Assembly (NCBI GenBank): GCA_977862235.1
Contig: OZ374565.1
Location: 2,418,001-2,482,000 of the forward strand
Direction: 5' to 3'
Source of the DNA: Dudresnaya verticillata
Taxonomy: Eukaryota
Length of the DNA stretch: 64,000 nucleotides
Below the pieces are notes generated by a model. That model was not told the DNA's origin and did not search any database. It saw nothing but the letters and a program-made list of their open reading frames with translations. The position numbers and the translations under genes are program-made. Below are positions 30,470 to 42,800 of this stretch, piece by piece (position 1 is the first letter of the stretch; each line of letters opens with the position of its first letter).

Positions 30470-33400
30470 TTCAACTTTATAACAGGTGATCATATTCTAA
30501 TATTTGTCGACGTACAATCTACTGTAGTATCACAACAAAGTTAAACCCCAACTCAAACAACTTGCACATCTACACCTCCTGTTGGATCCCTTCCATCAGG
30601 CACTTGACGTTGTTCTGCACCAGTCGCGCCGCGTGCCTGTGGAACAGAGCCGCTCGCGAAACACCGCGAGTTACCATGGCCCGAGAAGCCACGGTATCCG
30701 CCAACTCTTGCATATACTTGTGCGCCTCCGGGTGCCAGCCACCTAGTGTGGTCATCGGCACCGGCACAAGCCTTGCCCCCGGTCCGGCAGCCTGGATGAA
30801 GCCACGGTAAGTCCGCACCTTGTCAGCGTGGGCGTTCTTCAGCGTCCCTTGCGGGTTTGTTATGCAGCTGAGAATGCGTTGTTCTGACGACAGTGGATGA
30901 CTGATTGTGACGTCCAGGTAGTCCGTTCCTCCTTCTGTTCCAAGCGCCTTGATGTCCGGCCGATCCAGGTGAGCCCCCACAGGGCGGGGCTCCACAATCG
31001 GGGTGCGTGTCGCACGTTTCAGATCCGAAGCCAGCAGACGAACCTGAGAGTCGTGGCGCCACGACCGAGGAGATCCGCTGTTCCGCATGCCGTTCGGACA
31101 AATCAGCAGATGGTCGCCGTGAACATCCATCATCTTCTTGCACCCGGCCCGAGGACACTCCGTGTCGGGTTCCAGCAGTGGAATCCGACAGTAGAATCGA
31201 AGCCATACGCGGTAGTCCCGATCCGCAATGTACGTCTTCATGCCTGGTGCCGGCTGGCACTTGAGCCAGTCCTTGGCGCCCGGCGCGCCAAGGGAAGCTC
31301 GGAAAGCTTGCGTCCGCCTGTCCCCGAGCGGCAGCTCGGCTTGCACTTTCTTCAGTACCAACCGCGTCAAGTCCCTCTGGCGTGGGCACTCGTCGCTGTC
31401 GATCTTCTCCAGGTCCAGAGCATCCTCACTATGGCACTTGGCGCTCCAGTCTTCGTGCGCTTCTACTGCAAAAGGATCGTCAGAAAGAGCAGTGTTCACA
31501 GAAGCGGGTAAGATAGAACGCAGTAAGTTGCGGGTCAGTGAAAGGGACGCCAGAAACGCGCTCGAGTTCATGTCGCCAGCTCCCGAAATACCGATTCCGA
31601 AGCTGGGCTCTTTCGTGCGCAGGGGAAGCTGAAGTTCGCGGAAGGTGTCCCTCGGTAGGACTCCTCCCACGAGCTTGCGCATGCAAACCTCAATCTTCTG
31701 GTCGAAGAGCTCGGCGCCCTTCGCCGTGGCGGATGATGGAACTACTCGCAGCAGGTAGTTCAGCCGGCAGACTCCGGCACAGTTGCGGAGTAGAGTGATG
31801 GCCACGTGTAGGTCTTCTAGTCCCGAAATTGCGTCCAGCAGGGGCTGGATGGACTCGACATGGCCATTCACGCTCTCCTCCATGTAGTTCTGCGTTCCAA
31901 TCGGAGCCTGAAGTACTGTAGTGCCTTCTCCGTAGCTCTGCCCAAGATCCGACGGGTAGGCAGCGCAGTCTTCTGGGTCGGGTGCAGTAGGCCACCAAAC
32001 AGTACACTTGTCCATGCGCAGGTGGAAGCCATAGCCCTTAGCTTCCTCGGAGTCAAAGAAGGACAGAACCTTCCTGAGTACGGCGTGTTTCGCCATGATG
32101 ACGCCGTCGTCCAGGTAGAACAGTGACAGCAGCAAGTTGTTCGCCCCCTCCGCTTGCTGATTGCGGCCCGAGCGCCACAGGTCGGCGGTGAGTTCCTTCA
32201 ACTGTTTGATCAGTGCCTGCAGCACCAAAGCAAACAGTAACGGCCCGAGCGGGTCACCTTGCTGTACACCAGTGACACTCCGCAGTAGAGTGTCACCCAT
32301 CCACAGGTGCGGGCCCTCAGAGTCATAACAGTATGTGACCCACGGTAGTAGTTCAGGCATATGTCGGCGGACCTCCTTTATGAATGCTTTGCGGCTGACA
32401 AGGTTGAAGGCATTCTTCAAGTCCACTTGTAGCAACCCGTAGGACTTGTCATGGCCGTGAGACTTCTGCAGCTTCCGGACCGCGTGTACAATCGCTTCTG
32501 TGCCGCCCGAGGTTGCGACCCCGAGCTGAAGCGGTTCGAGGTATGCCTTGGCCGTGGGAGCGACTCTGGTCATGAGCATAGAGCTCACGAGTCGTCGGAT
32601 TGTCTCTCCTACAGCAATGGGGCGGACACCGCCGGTGCGCTTCTTCAGAGCCGTGAGAGGAGCGCTGGCAATCCAAGGCGACAGCTCCGCAGGTCCTGCG
32701 CCGCTGGCCAGCACGTTGACCATTTTGGTGAGCCCGCCAAGCAGGCCCGTGTGCTCGTGAGTGGTCGGGACTGAGAGCAGTTCCTGCAGATGCGTCGGTG
32801 ATAGTCCTGTTCCCCCCGAGGCCGAAGCCCGGGGGAACTTGGCCACTGCTTTTCGTACTTCGTCGGCTGTGAAAGGCACGAAGTCAGGCATGGTCGGCAG
32901 CGGTTCGGACTGGTCAAGCTCGTGGTCCGCGTCGGTTTGCGGTACGGACTGCGGGTGCTTGTCCTTCATGGACTGTATCACCGAGTCTGTGGCTGGCGCG
33001 ATTCCATCAGAGTCTAGAGCTGCTGCTGCCTTACTGTAGGCGCCCTCCTTTGCAAGGCGAAGGGCTCGTGAGGCATTGATACGGCGTTGCTCTTCTGCGG
33101 AAGGCGCAGTCTGCTCACGGAATGTCGAGCCTTTCAAGGCCTGCTGCCATAGGGCGTCGTAATCCTTGAGTCCCCAGCGTCGGATTCGATCGCGGAAGGT
33201 GCCGATCGAGGACGCAGAGGTTGACGCGCTGGCCCTTGCACTCGCCGCGGGAGGATTGGACAAGACGGCTGCTGGAAAGAGCAGGAATGCAGTGAGCTCT
33301 TTGGTGGCTTCCTGAGAGTTGGTTGCGTTCGTAAAAGCCCATACCGTCTTGGACAGTGCGTCGCGCACCTCGGCGCGGACGCGAGACGGTATATGTGTGA

Positions 33401-35108
33401 CCATAGGGATATGCGAGCGACAGATATCTTCGACCGGCGGCAGAAGCTGCCCTCCTGGACCCCGCGCAACGGGTGGGGTTTGCGCAGTTGGTACCTCTCG
33501 AGTAGCAGGTACCGGTGCAGGAGGCGGCTCCTGGCTGTCCGGGATTCGTCGCGGGGCTGGCAGGATATCGTCCGCTGGCTCGCCGTCCTCGGGTTGCGTC
33601 TCCGTGACCGCGACCAGAGCAGGAGTCTGTGATGGCGCGGCTACAGTTTCTTCACGGCTCGGTGTCGTCAATTGGTTGGACGGGACGTGGGAGAACGCCG
33701 GAGTGCGAGTGGCGGGACATGCGCTGCAATTCTTGTACCGCATACTGTACATGCCTTCACTGTTCATGCGGGAGCTACAGTGCGTAGGCATGTACTTGTT
33801 GTGAGTCACACAGTACCATACTCCATAGTCCAGGAGCTGCTGCTTGAGAGACTCGATGTCGGTCCTCGTCGGTGGTCCTCGCCTGCCAGGAACATGCATC
33901 TTCCGCAGGTGCATGAGTAGCGCTTCTACAGTAGGCAGTGAGGACGACTGGCAGCCCAGAGGACAGCTGGTACTGTTTGTCGGGCGGTGTTTTGCCAAAG
34001 GCATAAAGCATGGAGAGAGCCATACCTTCGGCATGTCGGGGTGCTGCTGACCAATCATGGTTACAGCGCTGGGTAAGGTACCTGTAAAGGTCCTCTACAG
34101 TAGGTTCCCACGGGGCACAGACCTCCTAACCGGGACGCAAGCCTGTCGTCCGTCGTCAGTCTGTTCGGGACACCTCCAGAGGGTGCTACAGGTGGCCTTG
34201 CTGCGAGATGAAGGCCTCTTCGCAGCGTAGGGCGCGAGATCGCGCAATTTGCGCACGAGCTCGCGCAAAAGGGCGCGCGTGTTAGCGTTCGTGCGCGTAG
34301 ACTTATCGGACGTTCCCTTCCCTGCCGCAGCTGAGAAGACTCTCTTCACTGCGGTCCTGTAACGCGCGGTACTTCTCGTTTGCACAAGCTCTCAATGGGG
34401 TCGCAGAACCACCGTTTACCTGTGAGTGCCCGCAGGATTTTTGGCCTCCCCCGAAGGTTCGCTGGCAGGACGTTCGCTCGATCTTAGAAGGGGTGGTTTC
34501 AAAACAGGATCCACCAGGCTTAAGCCACGTTACCCCAACTTCGACGTTGCTTGGCACGTTTCTGCGATGAGCTTGTGGGTCACGAGCCGCCTACCACTCA
34601 AGGTCGAGGGTCTTTGGCGATTCCCACACTTGTAGGTCTCTCGGCACTTCCCGAAGGAAGATTTTACAGGACAAGCCTGGCCTTTACCAATCTGTCAGTT
34701 GAAGGGTGTGAAACCCCTCTGTCGACAGTCCACGGCAGCCTAGACAGAGTCTAGGCTGTGCCGGGTACAAGCAAAACGCGTACAGGGCCAGGGAAAGAAA
34801 GACAAGTCAGTGGGGCCCGGGCAAATTTCAAGGTGAGGGATCACCTTAAAAGTAAGCGCAAAATAGGAAACGCGTGACCGTCGGCGACGACGGCGGCGGC
34901 GACGGCGGCGACGACGACGGCGTCGCGGCGCAGATCGGCGGCGCGGAAAGAGACAAAAGTAGACCGCGCTCGCCCGCCCGCGAAGGTGAAGGGCTGAAAA
35001 ACCCCGCACCGACGCGCCGTCGCGCGCTCGAACAGGCGGCACCGCCGCCGAAAAGATCGGTGCAGAACTTGTTGAGATATCCGCGAAACAAAAATTTCGG
35101 CAGATCGC
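30470..35108 (-). mobile_element. E5: full-length copy (variant subfamily)
   Basis: Same termini; 1-bp shorter 3' UTR; type-A 5' end. Confidence 0.93.
30570..34058 (-). CDS. RT-RLE retrotransposon protein, 1162 aa (E5)
   Basis: Intact ORF with diagnostic residues APTAKA, FIKE, WVTY, LWRS, VIMAK. Confidence 0.95.
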   Translation of the reverse strand: MIGQQHPDMPKVWLSPCFMPLAKHRPTNSTSCPLGCQSSSLPTVEALLMHLRKMHVPGRRGPPTRTDIESLKQQLLDYGVWYCVTHNKYMPTHCSSRMNSEGMYSMRYKNCSACPATRTPAFSHVPSNQLTTPSREETVAAPSQTPALVAVTETQPEDGEPADDILPAPRRIPDSQEPPPAPVPATREVPTAQTPPVARGPGGQLLPPVEDICRSHIPMVTHIPSRVRAEVRDALSKTVWAFTNATNSQEATKELTAFLLFPAAVLSNPPAASARASASTSASSIGTFRDRIRRWGLKDYDALWQQALKGSTFREQTAPSAEEQRRINASRALRLAKEGAYSKAAAALDSDGIAPATDSVIQSMKDKHPQSVPQTDADHELDQSEPLPTMPDFVPFTADEVRKAVAKFPRASASGGTGLSPTHLQELLSVPTTHEHTGLLGGLTKMVNVLASGAGPAELSPWIASAPLTALKKRTGGVRPIAVGETIRRLVSSMLMTRVAPTAKAYLEPLQLGVATSGGTEAIVHAVRKLQKSHGHDKSYGLLQVDLKNAFNLVSRKAFIKEVRRHMPELLPWVTYCYDSEGPHLWMGDTLLRSVTGVQQGDPLGPLLFALVLQALIKQLKELTADLWRSGRNQQAEGANNLLLSLFYLDDGVIMAKHAVLRKVLSFFDSEEAKGYGFHLRMDKCTVWWPTAPDPEDCAAYPSDLGQSYGEGTTVLQAPIGTQNYMEESVNGHVESIQPLLDAISGLEDLHVAITLLRNCAGVCRLNYLLRVVPSSATAKGAELFDQKIEVCMRKLVGGVLPRDTFRELQLPLRTKEPSFGIGISGAGDMNSSAFLASLSLTRNLLRSILPASVNTALSDDPFAVEAHEDWSAKCHSEDALDLEKIDSDECPRQRDLTRLVLKKVQAELPLGDRRTQAFRASLGAPGAKDWLKCQPAPGMKTYIADRDYRVWLRFYCRIPLLEPDTECPRAGCKKMMDVHGDHLLICPNGMRNSGSPRSWRHDSQVRLLASDLKRATRTPIVEPRPVGAHLDRPDIKALGTEGGTDYLDVTISHPLSSEQRILSCITNPQGTLKNAHADKVRTYRGFIQAAGPGARLVPVPMTTLGGWHPEAHKYMQELADTVASRAMVTRGVSRAALFHRHAARLVQNNVKCLMEGIQQEV

Positions 35109-35123
35109 TCAGTCTGAGGTGAG

Positions 35124-38100
35124 TTCAACTTTATAACAGGTGACCATATTCTAATATTTGTCGACGTACAATCTACTGTAGTATCACAACAAAGTTAAAC
35201 CCCAACTCAAAACAACCTGCACATCTACACCTCCTGTTGGATCCCTTCCATCAGGCACTTGACGTTGTTCTGCACCAGTCGCGCCGCGTGCCTGTGGAAC
35301 AGAGCCGCTCGCGAAACACCGCGAGTTACCATGGCCCGAGAAGCCACGGTATCCGCCAACTCTTGCATATACTTGTGCGCCTCCGGGTGCCAGCCACCTA
35401 GTGTGGTCATCGGCACCGGCACAAGCCTTGCCCCCGGTCCGGCAGCCTGGATGAAGCCACGGTAAGTCCGCACCTTGTCAGCGTGGGCGTTCTTCAGCGT
35501 CCCTTGCGGGTTTGTTATGCAGCTGAGAATGCGTTGTTCTGACGACAGTGGATGACTGATTGTGACGTCCAGGTAGTCCGTTCCTCCTTCTGTTCCAAGC
35601 GCCTTGATGTCCGGCCGATCCAAGTGAGCCCCCACAGGGCGGGGCTCCACAATCGGGGTGCGTGTCGCACGTTTCAGATCCGAAGCCAGCAGACGAACCT
35701 GAGAGTCGTGGCGCCACGACCGAGGAGATCCGCTGTTCCGCATGCCGTTCGGACAAATCAGCAGATGGTCGCCGTGAACATCCATCATCTTCTTGCACCC
35801 GGCCCGAGGACACTCCGTGTCGGGTTCCAGCAGTGGAATCCGACAGTAGAATCGAAGCCATACGCGGTAGTCCCGATCCGCAATGTACGTCTTCATGCCT
35901 GGTGCCGGCTGGCACTTGAGCCAGTCCTTGGCGCCCGGCACGCCAAGGGAAGCTCGGAAAGCTTGCGTCCGCCTGTCCCCGAGCGGCAGCTCGGCTTGCA
36001 CTTTCTTCAGAACCAACCGCGTCAAGTCCCGCTGGCGCGGGCACTCGTCGCTGTCGATCTTCTCCAGGTCCAGGGCATCCTCACTATGGCACTTGGCGCT
36101 CCAGTCTTCGTGCGCTTCTACTGCAAAAGGATCGTCAGAAAGAGCAGTGTTCACAGAAGCGGGTAAGATAGAACGCAGTAAGTTGCGGGTCAGTGAAAGG
36201 GACGCCAAAAACGCGCTCGAGTTCATGTCGCCAGCTCCCGAAATACCGATTCCGAAGCTGGGCTCTTTCGTGCGCAGGGGAAGCTGAAGTTCGCGGAAGG
36301 TGTCCCTCGGTAGGACTCCTCCCACGAGCTTGCGCATGCAAGCCTCAATCTTCTGGTCGAAGAGCTCGGCGCCCTTTGCCGTGGCGGATGATGGAACTAC
36401 TCGCAGCAGGTAGTTCAGCCGGCAGACTCCGGCACAGTTGCGGAGTAGAGTGATGGCCACGTGTAGGTCTTCTAGTCCCGAAATTGCGTCCAGCAGGGGC
36501 TGGATGGACTCGACATGGCCATTCACGCTCTCCTCCATGTAGTTCTGCGTTCCAATCGGAGCCTGAAGTACTGTAGTGCCTTCTCCGTAGCTCTGCCCAA
36601 GATCCGACGGGTAGGCAGCGCAGTCTTCTGGGTCGGGTGCAGTAGGCCACCAAACAGTACACTTGTCCATGCGCAGGTGGAAGCCATAGCCCTTAGCTTC
36701 CTCGGAGTCAAAGAAGGACAGAACCTTCCTGAGTACGGCGTGTTTCGCCACGATGACGCCGTCGTCCAGGTAGAACAGTGACAGCAGCAAGTTGTTCGCC
36801 CCCTCCGCTTGCTGATTGCGGCCCGAGCGCCGCAGGTCGGCGGTGAGTTCCTTCAACTGTTTGATCAGTGCCTGCAGCACCAAAGCAAACAGTAACGGCC
36901 CGAGCGGGTCACCTTGCTGTACACCAGTGACACTCCGCAGTAGAGTGTCACCCATCCACAGGTGCGGGCCCTCAGAGTCATAACAGTATCTGACCCACGG
37001 TAGTAGTTCAGGCATATGTCGGCGGACCTCCTTCATGAATGCTTTGCGGCTGACAAGGTTGAAGGCATTCTTCAAGTCCACTTGTAGCAACCCGTAGGAC
37101 TTGTCATGGCCGTGAGACTTCTGCAGCTTCCGGACCGCGTGTACAATGGCTTCTGTGCCGCCCGAGGTTGCGACCCCGAGCTGAAGCGGTTCGAGGTATG
37201 CCTTGGCCTTGGGAGCGACTCTGGTCATGAGCATAGAGCTCACGAGTCGTCGGATTGTCTCTCCTACAGCAATGGGGCGGACACCGCCGGTGCGCTTCTT
37301 CAGAGCCGTGAGAGGAGCGCTGGCAATCCAAGGCGACAGCTCCGCAGGTCCTGCGCCGCTGGCCAGCACGTTGACCATTTTGGTGAGCCCGCCAAGCAGG
37401 CCCGTGTGCTCGTGAGTGGTCGGGACTGAGAGCAGTTCCTGCAGATGCGTCGGTGATAGTCCTGTTCCCCCCGAGGCCGAAGCCCGGGGGAACTTGGCCA
37501 CTGCTTTTCGTACTTCGTCGGCTGTGAAAGGCACGAAGTCAGGCATGGTCGGCAGCGGTTCGGACTGGTCAAGCTCGTGGTCCGCGTCGGTTTGCGGTAC
37601 GGACTGCGGGTGCTTGTCCTTCATGGACTGTATCACAGAGTCTGTGGCTGGGGCGATTCCATCAGAGTCTAGAGCTGCTGCTGCCTTACTGTAGGCGCCC
37701 TCCTTTGCAAGGCGAAGGGCTCGTGAGGCATTGATACGGCGTTGCTCTTCTGCGGAAGGCGCAGTCTGCTCACGGAATGTCGAGCCCTTCAAGGCCTCCT
37801 GCCATAGGGCGTCGTAATCCTTGAGTCCCCAGCGTCGGATTCGATCGCGGAAGGTGCCGATCGAGGACGCAGAGGTTGACGCGCTGGCCCTTGCACTCGC
37901 GGCGGGAGGATTGGACAAGACGGCTGCTGGAAAAAGCAGGAATGCAGTGAGCTCTTTGGTGGCTTCCTGAGAGTTGGTTGCGTTCGTAAAAGCCCATACC
38001 GTCTTGGACAGTGCGTCGCGCACCTCGGCGCGGACGCGAGACGGTATATGTGTGACCATAGGGATATGCGAGCGACAGATGTCTTCGACCGCCGGCAGAA

Positions 38101-39775
38101 GCTGCCCTCCTGGACCCCGCGCAACGGGTGGGGTTTGCGCAGTTGGTACCTCTCGAGTAGCAGGTACCGGTGCAGGAGGCGGCTCCTGGCTGTCCGGGAT
38201 TCGTCGCGGGGCTGGCAGGATATCGTCCGCTGGCTCGCCGTCCTCGGGTTGCGTCTCCGTGACCGCGTCCAGAGCAGGAGACTGTGATGGCGCGGCTACA
38301 GTTTCTTCACGGCTCGGTGTCGTCAATTGGTTGGACGGGACGTGGGAGAACGCCGGAGTGCGAGTAGCGGGACATGCGCTGCAATTCTTGTACCGCATAC
38401 TGTACATGCCTTCACTGTTCATGCGGGAGCTACAGTGGGTGGGCATGTACTTGTTGTGAGTCACACAGTACCATACTCCATAGTCCAGGAGCTGCTGCTT
38501 GAGAGGCTCGATGTCGGTCCTCGTCGGTGGTCCTCGCCTGCCAGGAACATGCATCTTCCGCAGGTGCATGAGTAGCGCTTCTACAGTAGGCAGTGAGGAC
38601 GACTGGCAGCCCAGAGGACAGCTGGTACTGTTTGTCGGGCGGTGTTTTGCCGAAGGCATAAAGCATGGAGAGAGCCATACCTTCGGCATGTCGGGGTGCT
38701 GCTGACCAATCATGGTTACAGCGCTGGGTAAGGTACCTGTAAAGGTCCTCTACAGTAGGTTCCCACGGGGCACAGACCTCCTAACCGGGACGCAAGCCTG
38801 TCGTCCGTCGTCAGTCTGTTCGGGACACCTCCAGAGGGTGCTACAGGTGGCCTTGCTGCGAGATGAGGGCCTCTTCGCAGCGTAGGGCGCGAGATCGCGC
38901 ACTTTGCGCACGAGCTCGCGCAAAAGGGCGCGCGTGTTAGCGTTCGTGCGCGCAGAGTTATCGGACGTTCCCTTCCCTGCCGCAGCTGAGAAGACTCTCT
39001 TCACTGCGGTCCTGTAACGCGCGGTACTTCTCGTTTGCACAAGCTCTCAATGGGGTCGCAGAACCACCGTTTACCTGTGAGTGCCCACAGGATTTTTGGC
39101 CTCCCCCGAAGGTTCGCTGGCAGGACGTTCGCTCGATCTTAGAAGGGGTGGTTTCAAAACAGGATCCACCAGGCTTAAGCCACGTTACCCCAACTTCGAC
39201 GTTGCTTGGCACGTTTCTGCGATGAGCTTGTGGGTCACGAGCCGCCTACCACTCAAGGTCGAGGGTCTTTGGCGATTCCCACACTTGTAGGTCTCTCGGC
39301 ACTTCCCGAAGGAAGATTTTACAGGACAAGCCTGGCCTTTACCAATCTGTCAGTTGAAGGGTGTGAAACCCCTCTGTCGACAGTCCACGGCAGCCTAGAC
39401 AGAGTCTAGGCTGTGCCGGGTACAAGCAAAACGCGTACAGGGCCAGGGAAAGAAAGATAAGTCAGTGGGGCCCGGGCAAATTTCAAGGTGAGGGATCACC
39501 TTAAAAGTAAGCGCAAAATAGGAAACGCGTGACCGTCGGCGACGACGGCGGCGGCGACGGCGGCGACGACGACGGCGTCGCGGCGCAGATCGGCGGCGCG
39601 GAAAGAGACAAAAGTAGACCGCGCTCGCCCGCCCGCGAAGGTGAAGGGCTGAAAAACCCCGCACCGACGCGCCGTCGCGCGCTCGAACAGGCGGCACCGC
39701 CGCCGAAAAGATCGGTGGAGAACTTGCTGAGAAATCTCCGAAACAAAAAATTCGGCAGATCGCGAGGGGTTCTCC
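35124..39775 (-). mobile_element. E6: full-length copy
   Basis: Same termini; type-B 5' end. Confidence 0.93.
35225..38713 (-). CDS. RT-RLE retrotransposon protein, 1162 aa (E6)
   Basis: Intact ORF. Confidence 0.95.
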   Translation of the reverse strand: MIGQQHPDMPKVWLSPCFMPSAKHRPTNSTSCPLGCQSSSLPTVEALLMHLRKMHVPGRRGPPTRTDIEPLKQQLLDYGVWYCVTHNKYMPTHCSSRMNSEGMYSMRYKNCSACPATRTPAFSHVPSNQLTTPSREETVAAPSQSPALDAVTETQPEDGEPADDILPAPRRIPDSQEPPPAPVPATREVPTAQTPPVARGPGGQLLPAVEDICRSHIPMVTHIPSRVRAEVRDALSKTVWAFTNATNSQEATKELTAFLLFPAAVLSNPPAASARASASTSASSIGTFRDRIRRWGLKDYDALWQEALKGSTFREQTAPSAEEQRRINASRALRLAKEGAYSKAAAALDSDGIAPATDSVIQSMKDKHPQSVPQTDADHELDQSEPLPTMPDFVPFTADEVRKAVAKFPRASASGGTGLSPTHLQELLSVPTTHEHTGLLGGLTKMVNVLASGAGPAELSPWIASAPLTALKKRTGGVRPIAVGETIRRLVSSMLMTRVAPKAKAYLEPLQLGVATSGGTEAIVHAVRKLQKSHGHDKSYGLLQVDLKNAFNLVSRKAFMKEVRRHMPELLPWVRYCYDSEGPHLWMGDTLLRSVTGVQQGDPLGPLLFALVLQALIKQLKELTADLRRSGRNQQAEGANNLLLSLFYLDDGVIVAKHAVLRKVLSFFDSEEAKGYGFHLRMDKCTVWWPTAPDPEDCAAYPSDLGQSYGEGTTVLQAPIGTQNYMEESVNGHVESIQPLLDAISGLEDLHVAITLLRNCAGVCRLNYLLRVVPSSATAKGAELFDQKIEACMRKLVGGVLPRDTFRELQLPLRTKEPSFGIGISGAGDMNSSAFLASLSLTRNLLRSILPASVNTALSDDPFAVEAHEDWSAKCHSEDALDLEKIDSDECPRQRDLTRLVLKKVQAELPLGDRRTQAFRASLGVPGAKDWLKCQPAPGMKTYIADRDYRVWLRFYCRIPLLEPDTECPRAGCKKMMDVHGDHLLICPNGMRNSGSPRSWRHDSQVRLLASDLKRATRTPIVEPRPVGAHLDRPDIKALGTEGGTDYLDVTISHPLSSEQRILSCITNPQGTLKNAHADKVRTYRGFIQAAGPGARLVPVPMTTLGGWHPEAHKYMQELADTVASRAMVTRGVSRAALFHRHAARLVQNNVKCLMEGIQQEV

Positions 39776-39807
39776 GGGTACTGAGGTGAGGACTGAGGTC
39801 AGGTGAG

Positions 39808-42800
39808 TTCAACTTTATAACAGGTGACCATATTCTAATATTTGTCGACGTACAATCTACTGTAGTATCACAACAAAGTTAAACCCCAACTCAAAACAAC
39901 CTGCACATCTACACCTCCTGTTGGATCCCTTCCATCAGGCACTTGACGTTGTTCTGCACCAGTCGCGCCGCGTGCCTGTGGAACAGAGCCGCTCGCGAAA
40001 CACCGCGAGTTACCATGGCCCGAGAAGCCACGGTATCCGCCAACTCTTGCATATACTTGTGCGCCTCCGGGTGCCAGCCACCTAGTGTGGTCATCGGCAC
40101 CGGCACAAGCCTTGCCCCCGGTCCGGCAGCCTGGATGAAGCCACGGTAAGTCCGCACCTTGTCAGCGTGGGCGTTCTTCAGCGTCCCTTGCGGGTTTGTT
40201 ATGCAGCTGAGAATGCGTTGTTCTGACGACAGTGGATGACTGATTGTGACGTCCAGGTAGTCCGTTCCTCCTTCTGTTCCAAGCGCCTTGATGTCCGGCC
40301 GATCCAAGTGAGCCCCCACAGGGCGGGGCTCCACAATCGGGGTGCGTGTCGCACGTTTCAGATCCGAAGCCAGCAGACGAACCTGAGAGTCGTGGCGCCA
40401 CGACCGAGGAGATCCGCTGTTCCGCATGCCGTTCGGACAAATCAGCAGATGGTCGCCGTGAACATCCATCATCTTCTTGCACCCGGCCCGAGGACACTCC
40501 GTGTCGGGTTCCAGCAGTGGAATCCGACAGTAGAATCGAAGCCATACGCGGTAGTCCCGATCCGCAATGTACGTCTTCATGCCTGGTGCCGGCTGGCACT
40601 TGAGCCAGTCCTTGGCGCCCGGCACGCCAAGGGAAGCTCGGAAAGCTTGCGTCCGCCTGTCCCCGAGCGGCAGCTCGGCTTGCACTTTCTTCAGAACCAA
40701 CCGCGTCAAGTCCCGCTGGCGCGGGCACTCGTCGCTGTCGATCTTCTCCAGGTCCAGGGCATCCTCACTATGGCACTTGGCGCTCCAGTCTTCGTGCGCT
40801 TCTACTGCAAAAGGATCGTCAGAAAGAGCAGTGTTCACAGAAGCGGGTAAGATAGAACGCAGTAAGTTGCGGGTCAGTGAAAGGGACGCCAAAAACGCGC
40901 TCGAGTTCATGTCGCCAGCTCCCGAAATACCGATTCCGAAGCTGGGCTCTTTCGTGCGCAGGGGAAGCTGAAGTTCGCGGAAGGTGTCCCTCGGTAGGAC
41001 TCCTCCCACGAGCTTGCGCATGCAAGCCTCAATCTTCTGGTCGAAGAGCTCGGCGCCCTTTGCCGTGGCGGATGATGGAACTACTCGCAGCAGGTAGTTC
41101 AGCCGGCAGACTCCGGCACAGTTGCGGAGTAGAGTGATGGCCACGTGTAGGTCTTCTAGTCCCGAAATTGCGTCCAGCAGGGGCTGGATGGACTCGACAT
41201 GGCCATTCACGCTCTCCTCCATGTAGTTCTGCGTTCCAATCGGAGCCTGAAGTACTGTAGTGCCTTCTCCGTAGCTCTGCCCAAGATCCGACGGGTAGGC
41301 AGCGCAGTCTTCTGGGTCGGGTGCAGTAGGCCACCAAACAGTACACTTGTCCATGCGCAGGTGGAAGCCATAGCCCTTAGCTTCCTCGGAGTCAAAGAAG
41401 GACAGAACCTTCCTGAGTACGGCGTGTTTCGCCACGATGACGCCGTCGTCCAGGTAGAACAGTGACAGCAGCAAGTTGTTCGCCCCCTCCGCTTGCTGAT
41501 TGCGGCCCGAGCGCCGCAGGTCGGCGGTGAGTTCCTTCAACTGTTTGATCAGTGCCTGCAGCACCAAAGCAAACAGTAACGGCCCGAGCGGGTCACCTTG
41601 CTGTACACCAGTGACACTCCGCAGTAGAGTGTCACCCATCCACAGGTGCGGGCCCTCAGAGTCATAACAGTATCTGACCCACGGTAGTAGTTCAGGCATA
41701 TGTCGGCGGACCTCCTTCATGAATGCTTTGCGGCTGACAAGGTTGAAGGCATTCTTCAAGTCCACTTGTAGCAACCCGTAGGACTTGTCATGGCCGTGAG
41801 ACTTCTGCAGCTTCCGGACCGCGTGTACAATGGCTTCTGTGCCGCCCGAGGTTGCGACCCCGAGCTGAAGCGGTTCGAGGTATGCCTTGGCCTTGGGAGC
41901 GACTCTGGTCATGAGCATAGAGCTCACGAGTCGTCGGATTGTCTCTCCTACAGCAATGGGGCGGACACCGCCGGTGCGCTTCTTCAGAGCCGTGAGAGGA
42001 GCGCTGGCAATCCAAGGCGACAGCTCCGCAGGTCCTGCGCCGCTGGCCAGCACGTTGACCATTTTGGTGAGCCCGCCAAGCAGGCCCGTGTGCTCGTGAG
42101 TGGTCGGGACTGAGAGCAGTTCCTGCAGATGCGTCGGTGATAGTCCTGTTCCCCCCGAGGCCGAAGCCCGGGGGAACTTGGCCACTGCTTTTCGTACTTC
42201 GTCGGCTGTGAAAGGCACGAAGTCAGGCATGGTCGGCAGCGGTTCGGACTGGTCAAGCTCGTGGTCCGCGTCGGTTTGCGGTACGGACTGCGGGTGCTTG
42301 TCCTTCATGGACTGTATCACAGAGTCTGTGGCTGGGGCGATTCCATCAGAGTCTAGAGCTGCTGCTGCCTTACTGTAGGCGCCCTCCTTTGCAAGGCGAA
42401 GGGCTCGTGAGGCATTGATACGGCGTTGCTCTTCTGCGGAAGGCGCAGTCTGCTCACGGAATGTCGAGCCCTTCAAGGCCTCCTGCCATAGGGCGTCGTA
42501 ATCCTTGAGTCCCCAGCGTCGGATTCGATCGCGGAAGGTGCCGATCGAGGACGCAGAGGTTGACGCGCTGGCCCTTGCACTCGCGGCGGGAGGATTGGAC
42601 AAGACGGCTGCTGGAAAAAGCAGGAATGCAGTGAGCTCTTTGGTGGCTTCCTGAGAGTTGGTTGCGTTCGTAAAAGCCCATACCGTCTTGGACAGTGCGT
42701 CGCGCACCTCGGCGCGGACGCGAGACGGTATATGTGTGACCATAGGGATATGCGAGCGACAGATGTCTTCGACCGCCGGCAGAAGCTGCCCTCCTGGACC

